A DNA stretch of 62,209 nt from a virus (IMGVR_UViG_3300032245_001172:1-62209), one strand, 5' to 3'. Numbered from the stretch's first letter, positions 19,001 through 29,057 are shown. The notes: generated by a model not told the origin, from the sequence alone. Numbers and translations: made by a program.

Positions 19001-19325
19001 AACATATTTAAAAATTAATTACAATATTGCAGATTATGATTTTTGGACAAATATTAGTTTTAAAGATAAAGTAGATAAAGATACAATGGTATATGCTTGG
19101 CAAATAATTAGATTATGGCAGTCGTTTACACAATATGTAAAATTATTTACTATGCACGATGGTTACATATTTTATGAATTTTTACCAGATTCTCCAAAAT
19201 TAAGTATGGATGATGCTTCATTATGTTATTGTGCTTTTGATAGTAACCAAATAAAGTTTAACGATGCTTATGAATTTAATGCTTTGTCTAATGATTCCAG
19301 ATTTGATTTTGGAGGTAAATTATAA
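16005..19325 (+). CDS. large modular (polyvalent-type) protein with DUF5824-like, beta-clamp-like and ART-PolyVal-like modules and xxGG motifs
   Basis: GAYKTNPSSVRP..EQWAMARVYS; DTRPAMQGINF..ATNSHIL..YPNYKQVIP; VRTPEFKAFFGDW..SKVV..EPMPVYHGT; promoter at 15976. Confidence 0.75.
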   Translation: MKKNKFTESKAENNPTGGVLVGKRQGQTIIHNKGTLSGYLVGKTHAEGGIKAINKSTGQPLEMQGGEVVITAPAVSDQTKHNFDGEMLTNREILSKINEKGGGVSFAKGGDVPKKLKSTGASYNYGGQTMTDHEIVTLINGGYVSYKDKYNRKYKYKKNTSHSLEEIAKDTGISLKGIKQIYNKGIGAYKTNPSSVRPNVKSKEQWAMARVYSAVMGGKASKIDSNELKMNNGGKVNLVSESKKGDHTSRDLNNYNDLLDVGADGEVGMDNGLAFAKGGSLDFLDDVEQIFARGGATDIIVNNWNDIPDDFKSITLPKQIEWSANPTNKGLYEIVKPFLEVKDTRPAMQGINFDDIGITATNSHILLNIPYADTGFEGVYKPVKLPKSDLISSTKIDVKYPNYKQVIPTEKDITKVFEYINIEKLLTYCKIAKNFSGKNEIVFKINNEQMQFFPDYIIDVITSWIKLTGLSYADISFQTNRKALVFSGNPTFTLGINRIALIMPSIYGSQRKLGARNEKKKAELNVYFDFDNNEIHNSDGSVVTDWSEKPKKTRKPRAKKVTETTLTELPELIKIGFADSIEILPKPIRDLIAYEQLLMGATMEEVVKSSKSDTINSVFGWDDTTDGGDFWSRISNGNLFYFKEKYGKAGEKATELLNKFLDKKGLTTSETKPFDLTNTKIWIGDNPELSRAVQMKAFQLGWRWSSGKTPKYLEGKSLFFYDDKSIAYSTNSKTNFDNDPKREIFASDLTSEAQAQLPKTTSVEPKPILEKVNFELEHKFLTSRINDLSLELNVKKLILSREEISFYQREINKFIQLLRNVNEKEQASKTISERFDAIYSVKFGDFKKEYPTADLKSINGLTTELTEQEYLDVRTPEFKAFFGDWQNAYLTNNYDSVSKVVNEKTKEPMPVYHGTNVLFTNWKTYETNNAHYFAVRRDFSDFFATTWEERTDKSALDSKTIKSLNPNKGTFMFRCFIDVKNPIDFSKFGVEKYPVSDFLTYLKINYNIADYDFWTNISFKDKVDKDTMVYAWQIIRLWQSFTQYVKLFTMHDGYIFYEFLPDSPKLSMDDASLCYCAFDSNQIKFNDAYEFNALSNDSRFDFGGKL

Positions 19326-19328
19326 ATT

Positions 19329-20690
19329 ATGAAAAACTTTGATGCACAAGTACAAGAATTAAAAGAATTAGCTTTAGAAAGAAATTTAGAAGTAAATTTA
19401 AAAATGTCAAAAATAGATTTATATGCAACAAGCAGTTATGATGTTGTAGATACTGAAACTGGAGATGTTTACGAATTTATTATATATAATAATAAATATT
19501 TATTTCAAGGAGATGATACAAAAAGAAGATATGCAGAAACATATATTCTAAAAAAGTTACAATTTGAAATGTTGTCTTATGAAGATAAATTAAAATCTTT
19601 ACAACTGGTTTCAACATTTTTTAATTTGGAAGATTTTAATAAAAGTGAAGAAAATCTTTTTGAAAATAATTTAAATAAAAGAAAACAATCTACTGAAACT
19701 TTTAATGAATTAGAATATTATATAAGATTTGACAGAAATCAAAAATTATATAAATTTGATATTCTTTTAAAAATAAAACAACAAACTGATAAAACATATA
19801 GAATAGATTGTAGTATTGATGTAATTGAAAAAATAATAGAAAATGTTAGAGAAGATGGCGTTGATGATAAGTACTATTATACAACAATAGAACAAGCCGA
19901 ATTTGATAATTTTCCAGATGTAATTGATTTTTTTAATACACTTTACGAAACTGCATCTTTAGAATTTAATAAACTTTTAAGTGAAGAAATAAAAAAAATC
20001 ACAAAAGAAGAACAAAAGAAACAACAAGAAGAAAAAGGCGAAGAAGGAGAAAAAGGCGAAGAAGGAGAAGGAGAAGGAGAAGGAGAAGGAGAAGGAGAAG
20101 GAGAAGGAGAAGGAGAAGGAGAAGGAGAAGGTCAAGATGGTGCTGAAAAGAAAGGTGGTCAAAAAGGTGGTCAAAAGGGTGGTAAACCAAGTTTAGAAGA
20201 TTTAATAGATGATATTTTAGATTCTGAAAAATCTGGTGCAGATGGTCAATCTACAAAAAAACCTAATGAAATTGATTTAGAAGATTTTATAAATGAAATA
20301 CAAAAAGGTAATGTTGAAAACAAAGATTTTACCGAGCAGTATAAAAATGAAGATTTATCTAAAAAAATTCAAGATGAAAAAAATAGTTCATCCGATGAAG
20401 GTATGTCAAGTGAAGAAGGTCAAGACGGAAAAATGGATTTACCAAAATCAGATGATACAGAACAGAAATATGATATACTAAATGGAATGGCACGTTTTTT
20501 AGATGCAGATGTAAGTGATTTAAAACGTAGATTTCCAACAGAAAAATCAATAAAATCTTTTTTCTTATCTTTACAAAGAAATGAAATAAATGAATTATCA
20601 GAATTTTCTAATTTATCAACAGAATTAACAATTCCAGAAGCGAAAAAAATATTACAAGACAACTTTATAAATGATTTAAAAAACATATAA
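19329..20690 (+). CDS. acidic protein with Gly-Glu repeat linker
   Basis: (GE)n tract; upstream of AAA+/VWA pair. Confidence 0.75.
   Translation: MKNFDAQVQELKELALERNLEVNLKMSKIDLYATSSYDVVDTETGDVYEFIIYNNKYLFQGDDTKRRYAETYILKKLQFEMLSYEDKLKSLQLVSTFFNLEDFNKSEENLFENNLNKRKQSTETFNELEYYIRFDRNQKLYKFDILLKIKQQTDKTYRIDCSIDVIEKIIENVREDGVDDKYYYTTIEQAEFDNFPDVIDFFNTLYETASLEFNKLLSEEIKKITKEEQKKQQEEKGEEGEKGEEGEGEGEGEGEGEGEGEGEGEGEGQDGAEKKGGQKGGQKGGKPSLEDLIDDILDSEKSGADGQSTKKPNEIDLEDFINEIQKGNVENKDFTEQYKNEDLSKKIQDEKNSSSDEGMSSEEGQDGKMDLPKSDDTEQKYDILNGMARFLDADVSDLKRRFPTEKSIKSFFLSLQRNEINELSEFSNLSTELTIPEAKKILQDNFINDLKNI
20061..20131 (+). repeat. (GAAGGA)n tandem repeat, ~12 copies
   Basis: Direct reading; encodes EGEGEG. 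Confidence 0.95.
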
Positions 20691-20691
20691 A

Positions 20692-22059
20692 ATGAAAAGA
20701 GAAGAATTAGAGCAAATAATTAACGACCCATCAATTAGTCAAATTGTAAAAGATGATGCAGTTGAGCAATTGAAAAAATTAGATACAATTGAACAATCTG
20801 AATCTTTAAAAGTGGATTCTGAAATTACTTTTGCTATTAAAGAATTTAATAATTCTATTGAAAAATTAGTTAATAAAGGTGTTGATAAACAACAAGTTGC
20901 AGATATTGTTGATGAAAAATTTAGAGATACTAAAATTGGTAAAGCAAATTTAGATGAAAGCGTATTAGAATTAATAGGTAAAACTCAAAGTGTTCAAATT
21001 ATCAACTGGCAAAATGTAAAAGTTAAAACATCAGATGGTAAGAAAAGACAAATTTTTGATTTAATGCTATCAGATTTTGAAGCTGGAAACAACGTATTCT
21101 TATATGGTGGTGCTGGTACTGGTAAAACATTTATTGCTGGTCAAATAGCATCAGCTATGAATTACAAATTAATTACATTAAACTGCAATCAGTTTACTTC
21201 TCCATTAGATATTGTAGGAGGACAAACAATTGAAGGTTATCAAGAAGGAAAATTAATTAGAGCATTTGGTTACAATCCAGAAATTGAAAAGGAAATGAAT
21301 CCAGAAACTGGTAAATTTTATTCTGGTGCAGTATTGCTTTTAGACGAATTACCAAAACTTGACCCAAATACTGCTGGAGTTTTAAATGATGGTTTATCAA
21401 AAATCAAAGACCCATCAAGAAGAAGTCAAGATGGTATGGAGATTAAACCAACTATTGAGAATGGTAGAGGACAAGTAATTTCAAAAGGAAACATATTTGT
21501 TATAGCAACTGGAAACTCTTTGTTAAATGAAGCTGATGTAAACTATGAAGCAAACTTCAAACAAGATTTATCTTTACAAGATAGATTTGCTGGTAGTACA
21601 TACGAATTGATTATTGACCCACAATACGAATTAGATAATCTAATGAAGAATATTAAAGTAATGGATGATATTGTAAATTTCACTTTTATTTTTAATTTCT
21701 TATTTAGATTAAGAAATTCTGTTGAAGAAAATAAATTTTCAAGTAGAGCATTTGTATCACAACGTTTGATGATTTCATTTAGAGATACTTACATTGCTTA
21801 TAGATTAAACGAAATGCAAGGAGATAAAAAAATACAAAATGCTAAAACATTGCAAATAGCAACTAAAACATTTTTAGATTTATTTACCGAGCAACAAAGA
21901 AGTGTTTTAGAAGCTGATGTTAATGTAGATGAATTTTTTGATTTAATAAATTTAAAAAACACTAAAAGTCTTAACGATTTAGAATCGCCAGAAGATAAAC
22001 AACAAGCTGAAATGTTAATTGAACAATTTGATATTAAAAACGCAAACAAAATCAAATAA
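20692..22059 (+). CDS. MoxR/CbbQ/CobS-like AAA+ ATPase
   Basis: GGAGTGKT Walker A, LLLDE Walker B, VIATGN, QDRF. Confidence 0.9.
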   Translation: MKREELEQIINDPSISQIVKDDAVEQLKKLDTIEQSESLKVDSEITFAIKEFNNSIEKLVNKGVDKQQVADIVDEKFRDTKIGKANLDESVLELIGKTQSVQIINWQNVKVKTSDGKKRQIFDLMLSDFEAGNNVFLYGGAGTGKTFIAGQIASAMNYKLITLNCNQFTSPLDIVGGQTIEGYQEGKLIRAFGYNPEIEKEMNPETGKFYSGAVLLLDELPKLDPNTAGVLNDGLSKIKDPSRRSQDGMEIKPTIENGRGQVISKGNIFVIATGNSLLNEADVNYEANFKQDLSLQDRFAGSTYELIIDPQYELDNLMKNIKVMDDIVNFTFIFNFLFRLRNSVEENKFSSRAFVSQRLMISFRDTYIAYRLNEMQGDKKIQNAKTLQIATKTFLDLFTEQQRSVLEADVNVDEFFDLINLKNTKSLNDLESPEDKQQAEMLIEQFDIKNANKIK

Positions 22060-23633
22060 TGATTGAAACAAAAAACAATTTTATTGAATTTGGATTTGAC
22101 CCTTTTAAGTTTATAGAAGATGGTCTTAAAATTGTTACGGACAACAATTTAAGGTCAGAAGCTACTGAAAGAAGTGTTGCTGGTGGATATAGTGTTTTTG
22201 GAAAAGATTATAATTGGTATGGATATAAAAGCAGTTCTACAAAATCTTTTGCCGAACAATTTGATATTAATTCTGGATTAGGTAGTTTTTTAGACCAAGA
22301 TTTATTAACTAAAGTTGAAGATATTTATTCAAACATTAATGCTAAACTTGATTTAGGTGGAGATGCAAAACAACAAAGAATAAAATTCACAGATAGACCA
22401 TTAGGTATATTTAGTTTTTCACAAGCCAGTAAAGGTTTAATCAGACCAGTTGAATATTATTCTAAAACCGAAAATAAGATTATTTCTCCAAATGATGTTT
22501 TTGAAGGACAGATAAAAGAAATGAAATACTTTTATTATCTTAAAGACGATAAAGAAATATTAGTTGAAAGAAGGCAAGAAGGAACAACACAAATTAAAGA
22601 GAATTGCGAATCAGTAATATTGAAGTTAGACGAACAATCAAATCTAATATTACCTTATGATGCAGATGGTAAAATTGTAAACGAATGTAAAGGAGCTAAA
22701 TTAAGATACGCTTCTTTAAATAAAAAGGTTTATGCTTACAGAGAAAAGAAAGGTGGTGGAATTGCTCCCTATGTTGATTTGTATGTTTCTACTGGAGGTA
22801 TAGGAAGTTTGAATCCAGAAGAAATGATTATACGTTCATTGCCAAATATTTTATTATCAAGAATTTTAGAAAAAGCTGGAGTTCGTGTTAGAATATTTGC
22901 TTACTGGTCAAATAGAGATTATGACAAAAAAAGGGATTTCAATACTATGTTCATGCTTAAAAACTATGGAGAAACAATTAACATAAATAAAATTGCAGTA
23001 TTTACTTCTGACACAAGATTTTATCGTTATTGGTTAGCAAATAGTACAATAGGATGGTATTATAAAATGTGTGGAGATGATAAAAGTGGTTTTTCAACTA
23101 CTGGTACATTAAACCCATCAACTTTTATGCGAGAAATTTTACCTAAAATTAGAAACTATGTAAGTTACAAAATTAAAACTGGAGAATTTCCATCCCAAGT
23201 AGTTGATAAAAGATTAATGTTATTTGCAAATATGGATGTTACGGATAGTGATAAAATTGAAAGTCCAGATATAGAAAAAGAAATTATTAAAAAGTTTTAT
23301 TCGATATTGGATTACATTCAGATAACATTAAGTAAAACACCAAGAAACGTAATAAAAGATATAGTTAAAAGAGAAACAGATGCTGGTAAAAGTTTGTATG
23401 ATATTAAAAGGTATTTAAAAAGTACCATAACAGATATTTTAACACCAACAAATGAATTGCAACAAGATAGTCCAGAAGAATTGAAAAGAAAATTACAAGA
23501 AGGACAATTGACAAAAAAAGAATTTGACAAAAAATTAGCAGTTTCAATACAATTAGATTCAGTAGAAGAAGCTGATAAAATTATTGATGCAAGAGATAGG
23601 TATAATGATATAATCAACAATTTAATAACCTAA
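22059..23633 (+). CDS. divergent VWA-like partner of the AAA+ ATPase
   Basis: VDLYVS.GG...ILEKAGVRVRI pattern; coupled to MoxR-like gene. Confidence 0.55.
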   Translation: MIETKNNFIEFGFDPFKFIEDGLKIVTDNNLRSEATERSVAGGYSVFGKDYNWYGYKSSSTKSFAEQFDINSGLGSFLDQDLLTKVEDIYSNINAKLDLGGDAKQQRIKFTDRPLGIFSFSQASKGLIRPVEYYSKTENKIISPNDVFEGQIKEMKYFYYLKDDKEILVERRQEGTTQIKENCESVILKLDEQSNLILPYDADGKIVNECKGAKLRYASLNKKVYAYREKKGGGIAPYVDLYVSTGGIGSLNPEEMIIRSLPNILLSRILEKAGVRVRIFAYWSNRDYDKKRDFNTMFMLKNYGETININKIAVFTSDTRFYRYWLANSTIGWYYKMCGDDKSGFSTTGTLNPSTFMREILPKIRNYVSYKIKTGEFPSQVVDKRLMLFANMDVTDSDKIESPDIEKEIIKKFYSILDYIQITLSKTPRNVIKDIVKRETDAGKSLYDIKRYLKSTITDILTPTNELQQDSPEELKRKLQEGQLTKKEFDKKLAVSIQLDSVEEADKIIDARDRYNDIINNLIT

Positions 23634-23635
23634 TA

Positions 23636-25663
23636 ATGAATTTAGATAGAATACATTTTAAAGTACAAAACGATAGTTTATTAATACTTAACCAAATTTC
23701 AGAATTAAAAAAACTGAATTTATTAGTTAGGTTTGATGCGTCATTGTATAGCGAACAAACTATAAATACTGGTGGTAAAATACGAGCATTAAATTTAAAA
23801 AGCGTAGAACAATTTAAAGGATTGAAACCATTTAATGTTTTAAGCGAAACACAACTTTTAGATTTATACCAAATTGGAGTTTTAGAAAATTTAGATAAAT
23901 ACAATTTCAAAATAAATGTAAGTGATTTAGTAAGCTATAACAATAGAAATTTTATTGTATTAGGAATAGTTGTTAATACTTATGCTCAATGGAATTTACC
24001 TACACCATTATTATTTAATCCAAACGCTATGTCAAATGATGTAAAATCTTTGTATGGAAGTAGATTAACAGAAGTACAAATTGTTGAGAGAATAAATGAT
24101 AATTTTCAAAAAGGTAAATACGATAATGATATTGTGATTCCACTTGTTGATATGGCAAAGCCAAAAGATGTAATAAGTGTAGTTAAACCTTTAATTTCTG
24201 AAAAAGATACGCTTGATGTTTTTTCAAAAATATTAAAATTAAAAAACGCAGATTTTGAGATTAAAAAAGATGTTTTCATTAATACCATTGCAGATTTAAA
24301 AGCAGAAGAAATAGTTTCATTAAAATCAAGAGATGAAGATTTATACAATAGCTTTAACTTATTTACAAAGTCATTAAACGATATTATAAATAAAAAAATT
24401 GAATCTATACCAGCAACAGAAAAAGAAAAACCAGCAAGAAAACCACGAGCAAAAAAAGAAGTTGCTCCAGTTGTAGAAAAAGAATTGCTTACAGATTTGA
24501 GTAATACTAAATTTTGGTTTGGAAATGATTATGAACTTGGTAAAAAAGTTTTAGATAAAGCAGTTGAACTTGGATGGGGAAAATTATCATCATCTTTAAT
24601 TGGAAAAGAAGCACTTTATTTTGTTGGAAAAGAAGCACTTTATTTTGATGGAAGTAAAAGAACATATTTTACAAGTGTAGGTCGTGAATATTTTGATAAA
24701 GAACCAGAAAGAGAAATTTTTTATGAAGATTTGTTTGGAAAAGATTTACCAAAGACAACCTCTGTCGAACCAGCAACTAAAAAAGATGAATTACCAGATA
24801 GTTTTGATGTAGTAGGAACATTAGTAAAAGATTTTCCAAAAGGATTATATGAATTAACAATGTTTGAATCTATAAAACAAGGCAGAATAACTGGAGAAAT
24901 TAAAAATCAAAAACTATATCAAGCAATAGATTGGGGAAGAACAACAGATGGTGGAGATTTTTGGGTAAAAATTAACGATGGAGATTTAACTGAATTTAAA
25001 GAAAAATATGGTAAAAATGGAGAATTAGCAATAAAGATGTTTCAAGATTACATGAAAAAAGTTGCATCAGCTAAAGAAGATACTGAAATTGAAAATTCAG
25101 AAGTAAAAGCAGTAGAATTAATTGTTTATCCACCAAAAGGAGAAGTTGTTAATATTAGAACAGAAAGTTTGTATTCATTACACGATATTGTTAGATTTGT
25201 ATTAGATAAATTTAAAATGAAAACTATGAGGTTTAATTTTAATGCTATTACTGATTTAGCATCATATACAACACAAATTAGTTTTAATGAAAATGATTCT
25301 CCAGATGATTTATTAAGAAATTTATCAAAACAATATGATACATTTGTAAAACCAGAATTAATTTGGAAAAATTTTGAAGAAAAACAAACCTACATTGATT
25401 TTGTTAAAATAGTTAATGATGCTTTTAAAGTTGAAGTTGAGAAAAAACCATTTTTTGCTCCACCAACTAAACCAGTTGAAGTTAAAAAAGCAAGAGCAAT
25501 TGTAATTGACAAGAAAAAAATAGAAGAAAAGAAAAAAGAAATTGAACAGATTTCAAAACAAATTAAAAAAGAACAACCAGTTAAAATAACAAAACCAAAA
25601 ATAACAAAACCAAAAGTGGAAGATGACCTTTCCTTTTTAGATGATTTAGACAACATTTTTTAA
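23636..25663 (+). CDS. large modular protein sharing modules with 16005..19325
   Basis: RKPRAKK, DLSNTKFW, LPKTTSVEP, TDGGDFW..FKEKYGK, FLDDL..IF are shared. Confidence 0.75.
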   Translation: MNLDRIHFKVQNDSLLILNQISELKKLNLLVRFDASLYSEQTINTGGKIRALNLKSVEQFKGLKPFNVLSETQLLDLYQIGVLENLDKYNFKINVSDLVSYNNRNFIVLGIVVNTYAQWNLPTPLLFNPNAMSNDVKSLYGSRLTEVQIVERINDNFQKGKYDNDIVIPLVDMAKPKDVISVVKPLISEKDTLDVFSKILKLKNADFEIKKDVFINTIADLKAEEIVSLKSRDEDLYNSFNLFTKSLNDIINKKIESIPATEKEKPARKPRAKKEVAPVVEKELLTDLSNTKFWFGNDYELGKKVLDKAVELGWGKLSSSLIGKEALYFVGKEALYFDGSKRTYFTSVGREYFDKEPEREIFYEDLFGKDLPKTTSVEPATKKDELPDSFDVVGTLVKDFPKGLYELTMFESIKQGRITGEIKNQKLYQAIDWGRTTDGGDFWVKINDGDLTEFKEKYGKNGELAIKMFQDYMKKVASAKEDTEIENSEVKAVELIVYPPKGEVVNIRTESLYSLHDIVRFVLDKFKMKTMRFNFNAITDLASYTTQISFNENDSPDDLLRNLSKQYDTFVKPELIWKNFEEKQTYIDFVKIVNDAFKVEVEKKPFFAPPTKPVEVKKARAIVIDKKKIEEKKKEIEQISKQIKKEQPVKITKPKITKPKVEDDLSFLDDLDNIF

Positions 25664-25673
25664 AAAACAAATT

Positions 25674-28600
25674 ATGACAATTAAAGAAAAATTTAGTTCA
25701 ATTGACCAAAGCAAATTGACTGCCGAACAAAAATCATTTTTAAGTAAAATTAAAAATGTAACAAAAGATTTTAGTATAAAAGACAAAGATGTTAATGATA
25801 AAGTAGAAGGTGCATTAGATAAAATGATTGCCACTTTAAAAGATAAGATGCCAGAAGCTATAAAAAGTACTACTGCACCTAAAACACCACGAAAAAGAAG
25901 TGTTATGTCAGTTGCTAAAGAAATAAAAAAACCAGAGGAATCTTTTGAAGAAGCAAAAAAAAGAGCAACCAAGAAAATTGCTGATGATAAGCAATCTGTA
26001 AAAGAAACAATAAAGTCTGAACTTGATAAATTAAATGAATTTATTAAGAAGAAAAAAACGCTTCAAAGTATTAAAGGTACTGATTTACTAATCGATTCAA
26101 AAAGAAAAGCAAAACCAGTTGGTAGAAGATTATCAAAAACTGGTAATGTGTATTATGAATATCGTGATAGTAAAACAGATAGATTGTCGCCAGACTATCC
26201 TAAAAACGCACCTTATTTAGCTGGTGGTGGAGATGTTAAATTTGTTGAAGATTTTTCAAATGGAGATGGAATACAAGTTTCAGAAAGTAAATCAGAAGAT
26301 GGAAAAACATTTTATACTGCTTTTGTAACTTCTTATCCATTTAGAAAACTAATTCCTATGAATGAAAATAAAGATGTTGTAGTAAAAAGAGCAAAAAAAA
26401 TATATTCTGATATGTTAGAATATAAAAAATCTGAAAAATCTGAAAAATTTGAATTAGGTGGTAGTCTTATGCAAAATAAAAAATTAAAGAAAAATGATGT
26501 TAATTACAATGTTACAATATTGCCAACTGGAGATTTTTCTGATACATATAATTTGATAATTCAAAGAAATTCTAATGAATTTGGAGGTTCATCTCATTCA
26601 GTTATTAAAATACTATCTGAAAAAGAAGCTAAAAGAATTTTTGATAAAGTTAATGATTCAAATGCAGAAGAAATGTATAGAATTTTTGCTAAAATGCCAA
26701 GTCATAAAAACAAAAAATTTGAATTAGGTGGTTCAGTAGTTACAGATTTAGCTGGTCATACTGGAGGTACATTAGGTACTGGAAATCAAGGTATGTTAGA
26801 TGGATTTAGCAATACTGCATATAGTGGATTAGTTGGAGAAACTGGTGCTATGTCAAGTGGAGAAATGTTTATGAATGGTGGTAAAATTGATAAAAATTTT
26901 GATTTATCTGGTTATAAAAAATGGATAACATTTAATAATTTAGAAGAAGCAAAAGAATATGTTGATATGGATAGAAAAAAATATCCAAGAGTAAAAGAAT
27001 CAGTTGTAATTAAAGAAGGAAATAAATTTCAAGTTTGGGTAATTCCAGCTACTGGAGTTGAAACTGGTAATAGAGTATATGCTAATGGTGGAGGAGTAGC
27101 AATGGCAAACCAACAAGTTATTGATGATGCTTCACAAGGATATGTAAACTATTATTTAGGAGAAGGAGCAAGTCAAGGTATTTATGCTAAAGGTGGTGCT
27201 ATTAAAAATCAATACGCTGGTAGAACACCAGAAGATGTTTGGGATAGTTTAACTGAAATTCAAAGAAAACATTTTTTATTAGACCATTATAAAAGTTATG
27301 ATACTGAATTTTTAGAATTTAATTCTGGAGAAGAATTTGAGCAAAGTAAAATTAAAGATTTACAAGATGAAGCTAAAGAAAATATTGTTTCTTACTCAAA
27401 AAAAACTTGGAAAAAGTTATCTGGAGATATTAGAAAAGCATTTACATCCCACGTTAAAGAAGGTCAGTATGCAAGAGGTGGTGGAGTACGAAAAGTAGGA
27501 AACAGAGAATATTCTTACGGAAGAAACTGGACAAACGACCATAGACACGTTAATAAAGGCGAAAACCATGAAGTTACATATAACAGAAAAGGTAAGTTTT
27601 TAGGTATATTTGCTGGTGGTGGTTCATTAACTAATGAATTTAAAGAAATTGAAGATTTTGGTAGTGAGCAATATTTTATTAGAGATTTTGGTCATGTAAT
27701 AATTGAAGATGATAAAAAAATTGAACTTGTTGTAGTAGCAAGATTAATTGACCTTGATGATTTTATGTCAGAAGATGAAATCCCAAGCGAAGGAAAATAT
27801 CAACTTGATTTTGACCTTGTTCCTAAAGAAAAATATTTAAGTAAAAGCAGAAAAAATTTAGTTAATGATGAAGATAATTCAATTTCAAGCATTACAGAAA
27901 TAAATGTAGTTAATTATATGGGTGGTTTAAGATTTGAACCATCAGATAAAAATTACTTTAAAACTTTTGAATCAGCTAAAAATTATTTGATGTCAAAAGA
28001 ATTAAATGATAAAATTTCTGGAATGGGAATAATGTCTGGATTTATAATGGATATGCCTTATAACAGAATGGGTAAAACTAATTGGGAACAATTATATTAC
28101 ATTTTAGGTTTAACAGATAGTTATGCTAAAGGTGGTTCAGTAACTAACGAAAGAAAGCACGTTAATAAAGATGAAGATTATGAAGTTAGATATGCAAAAC
28201 CAAGACCATCAAGAAAAGGTTATTTAGGTAAACGTGAATTTATGGCTGGAGGAAAAATTGAAACACCAAAAATATATGTTGCTGATTTAGAAGCATACAA
28301 TAACGGAAGATTAGTTGGAGAATGGTTAGATTTAACTGATTATAATGATGCAGATGAATTAATGGATGCAATACAAGATGTATTAAAAAAATCTGGAGGA
28401 GAAGAATATGCAATTCATGATTATGAAAATCTACCAAGAAGTATGTATTCGGAATATATGGGAGCAAGAGATTTTGCTGAATTATATGAAATGATGGATT
28501 TAGCAAAAGAAAATGATTTACCTTTGGATGTTGTAATGGATATTGTAAGTCAATTCGATAGAAGTGCATTAGATGAATTTACTGGAGTTTATGATAGTGA

Positions 28601-29057
28601 ACAAGATTTTGCAGAACAATTAGTTGAAGAATTAGGTTTAGAAAATTTCAATAGTCCAGAATATTACGTTTATATTTCTGAAACAGACAGAAGATTAATG
28701 GCTGGAGAAGAATCTGATTTCTATGTAGAGGATATTAAAGAAGAAGATGGTGGTCGTAGAATTATTGAAGAAGCCGATTTAGATTTAGATGAATACGATG
28801 AAGCTAATTCTGATAGACAAGAAGAAATGGTTGATGAAGCAACAGAAATTGTACGTGAGAAACTTTATGATTACTATTATGAAGGATTAGATGACCCTTA
28901 CTACTTTTTAGTAGATGAAAGAGGATTGTACTCTCCAGAAGATTTCTTTAAAGCAAATATTGTTCAAGTTGATTATGAAAAATTAGCAGATGCTTTAGAA
29001 GATGATTATACGTTTGTAAGACATGATGGTCAAATTTACGTTTTCAATATTAGATAA
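25674..29057 (+). CDS. GG-punctuated polyprotein-like protein with C-terminal ArdA antirestriction domain
   Basis: Ten [FY]xxGG motifs; KIYVADLEAYNNGRLVGEWLDL...EEYAIHDYENLP and acidic tail match ArdA. Confidence 0.8.
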   Translation: MTIKEKFSSIDQSKLTAEQKSFLSKIKNVTKDFSIKDKDVNDKVEGALDKMIATLKDKMPEAIKSTTAPKTPRKRSVMSVAKEIKKPEESFEEAKKRATKKIADDKQSVKETIKSELDKLNEFIKKKKTLQSIKGTDLLIDSKRKAKPVGRRLSKTGNVYYEYRDSKTDRLSPDYPKNAPYLAGGGDVKFVEDFSNGDGIQVSESKSEDGKTFYTAFVTSYPFRKLIPMNENKDVVVKRAKKIYSDMLEYKKSEKSEKFELGGSLMQNKKLKKNDVNYNVTILPTGDFSDTYNLIIQRNSNEFGGSSHSVIKILSEKEAKRIFDKVNDSNAEEMYRIFAKMPSHKNKKFELGGSVVTDLAGHTGGTLGTGNQGMLDGFSNTAYSGLVGETGAMSSGEMFMNGGKIDKNFDLSGYKKWITFNNLEEAKEYVDMDRKKYPRVKESVVIKEGNKFQVWVIPATGVETGNRVYANGGGVAMANQQVIDDASQGYVNYYLGEGASQGIYAKGGAIKNQYAGRTPEDVWDSLTEIQRKHFLLDHYKSYDTEFLEFNSGEEFEQSKIKDLQDEAKENIVSYSKKTWKKLSGDIRKAFTSHVKEGQYARGGGVRKVGNREYSYGRNWTNDHRHVNKGENHEVTYNRKGKFLGIFAGGGSLTNEFKEIEDFGSEQYFIRDFGHVIIEDDKKIELVVVARLIDLDDFMSEDEIPSEGKYQLDFDLVPKEKYLSKSRKNLVNDEDNSISSITEINVVNYMGGLRFEPSDKNYFKTFESAKNYLMSKELNDKISGMGIMSGFIMDMPYNRMGKTNWEQLYYILGLTDSYAKGGSVTNERKHVNKDEDYEVRYAKPRPSRKGYLGKREFMAGGKIETPKIYVADLEAYNNGRLVGEWLDLTDYNDADELMDAIQDVLKKSGGEEYAIHDYENLPRSMYSEYMGARDFAELYEMMDLAKENDLPLDVVMDIVSQFDRSALDEFTGVYDSEQDFAEQLVEELGLENFNSPEYYVYISETDRRLMAGEESDFYVEDIKEEDGGRRIIEEADLDLDEYDEANSDRQEEMVDEATEIVREKLYDYYYEGLDDPYYFLVDERGLYSPEDFFKANIVQVDYEKLADALEDDYTFVRHDGQIYVFNIR

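Noticed and set aside
19977-20190. Minus-strand poly-Leu and (FS)n ORFs
   Set aside because: Shadows of the (GAAGGA)n repeat in the plus-strand gene
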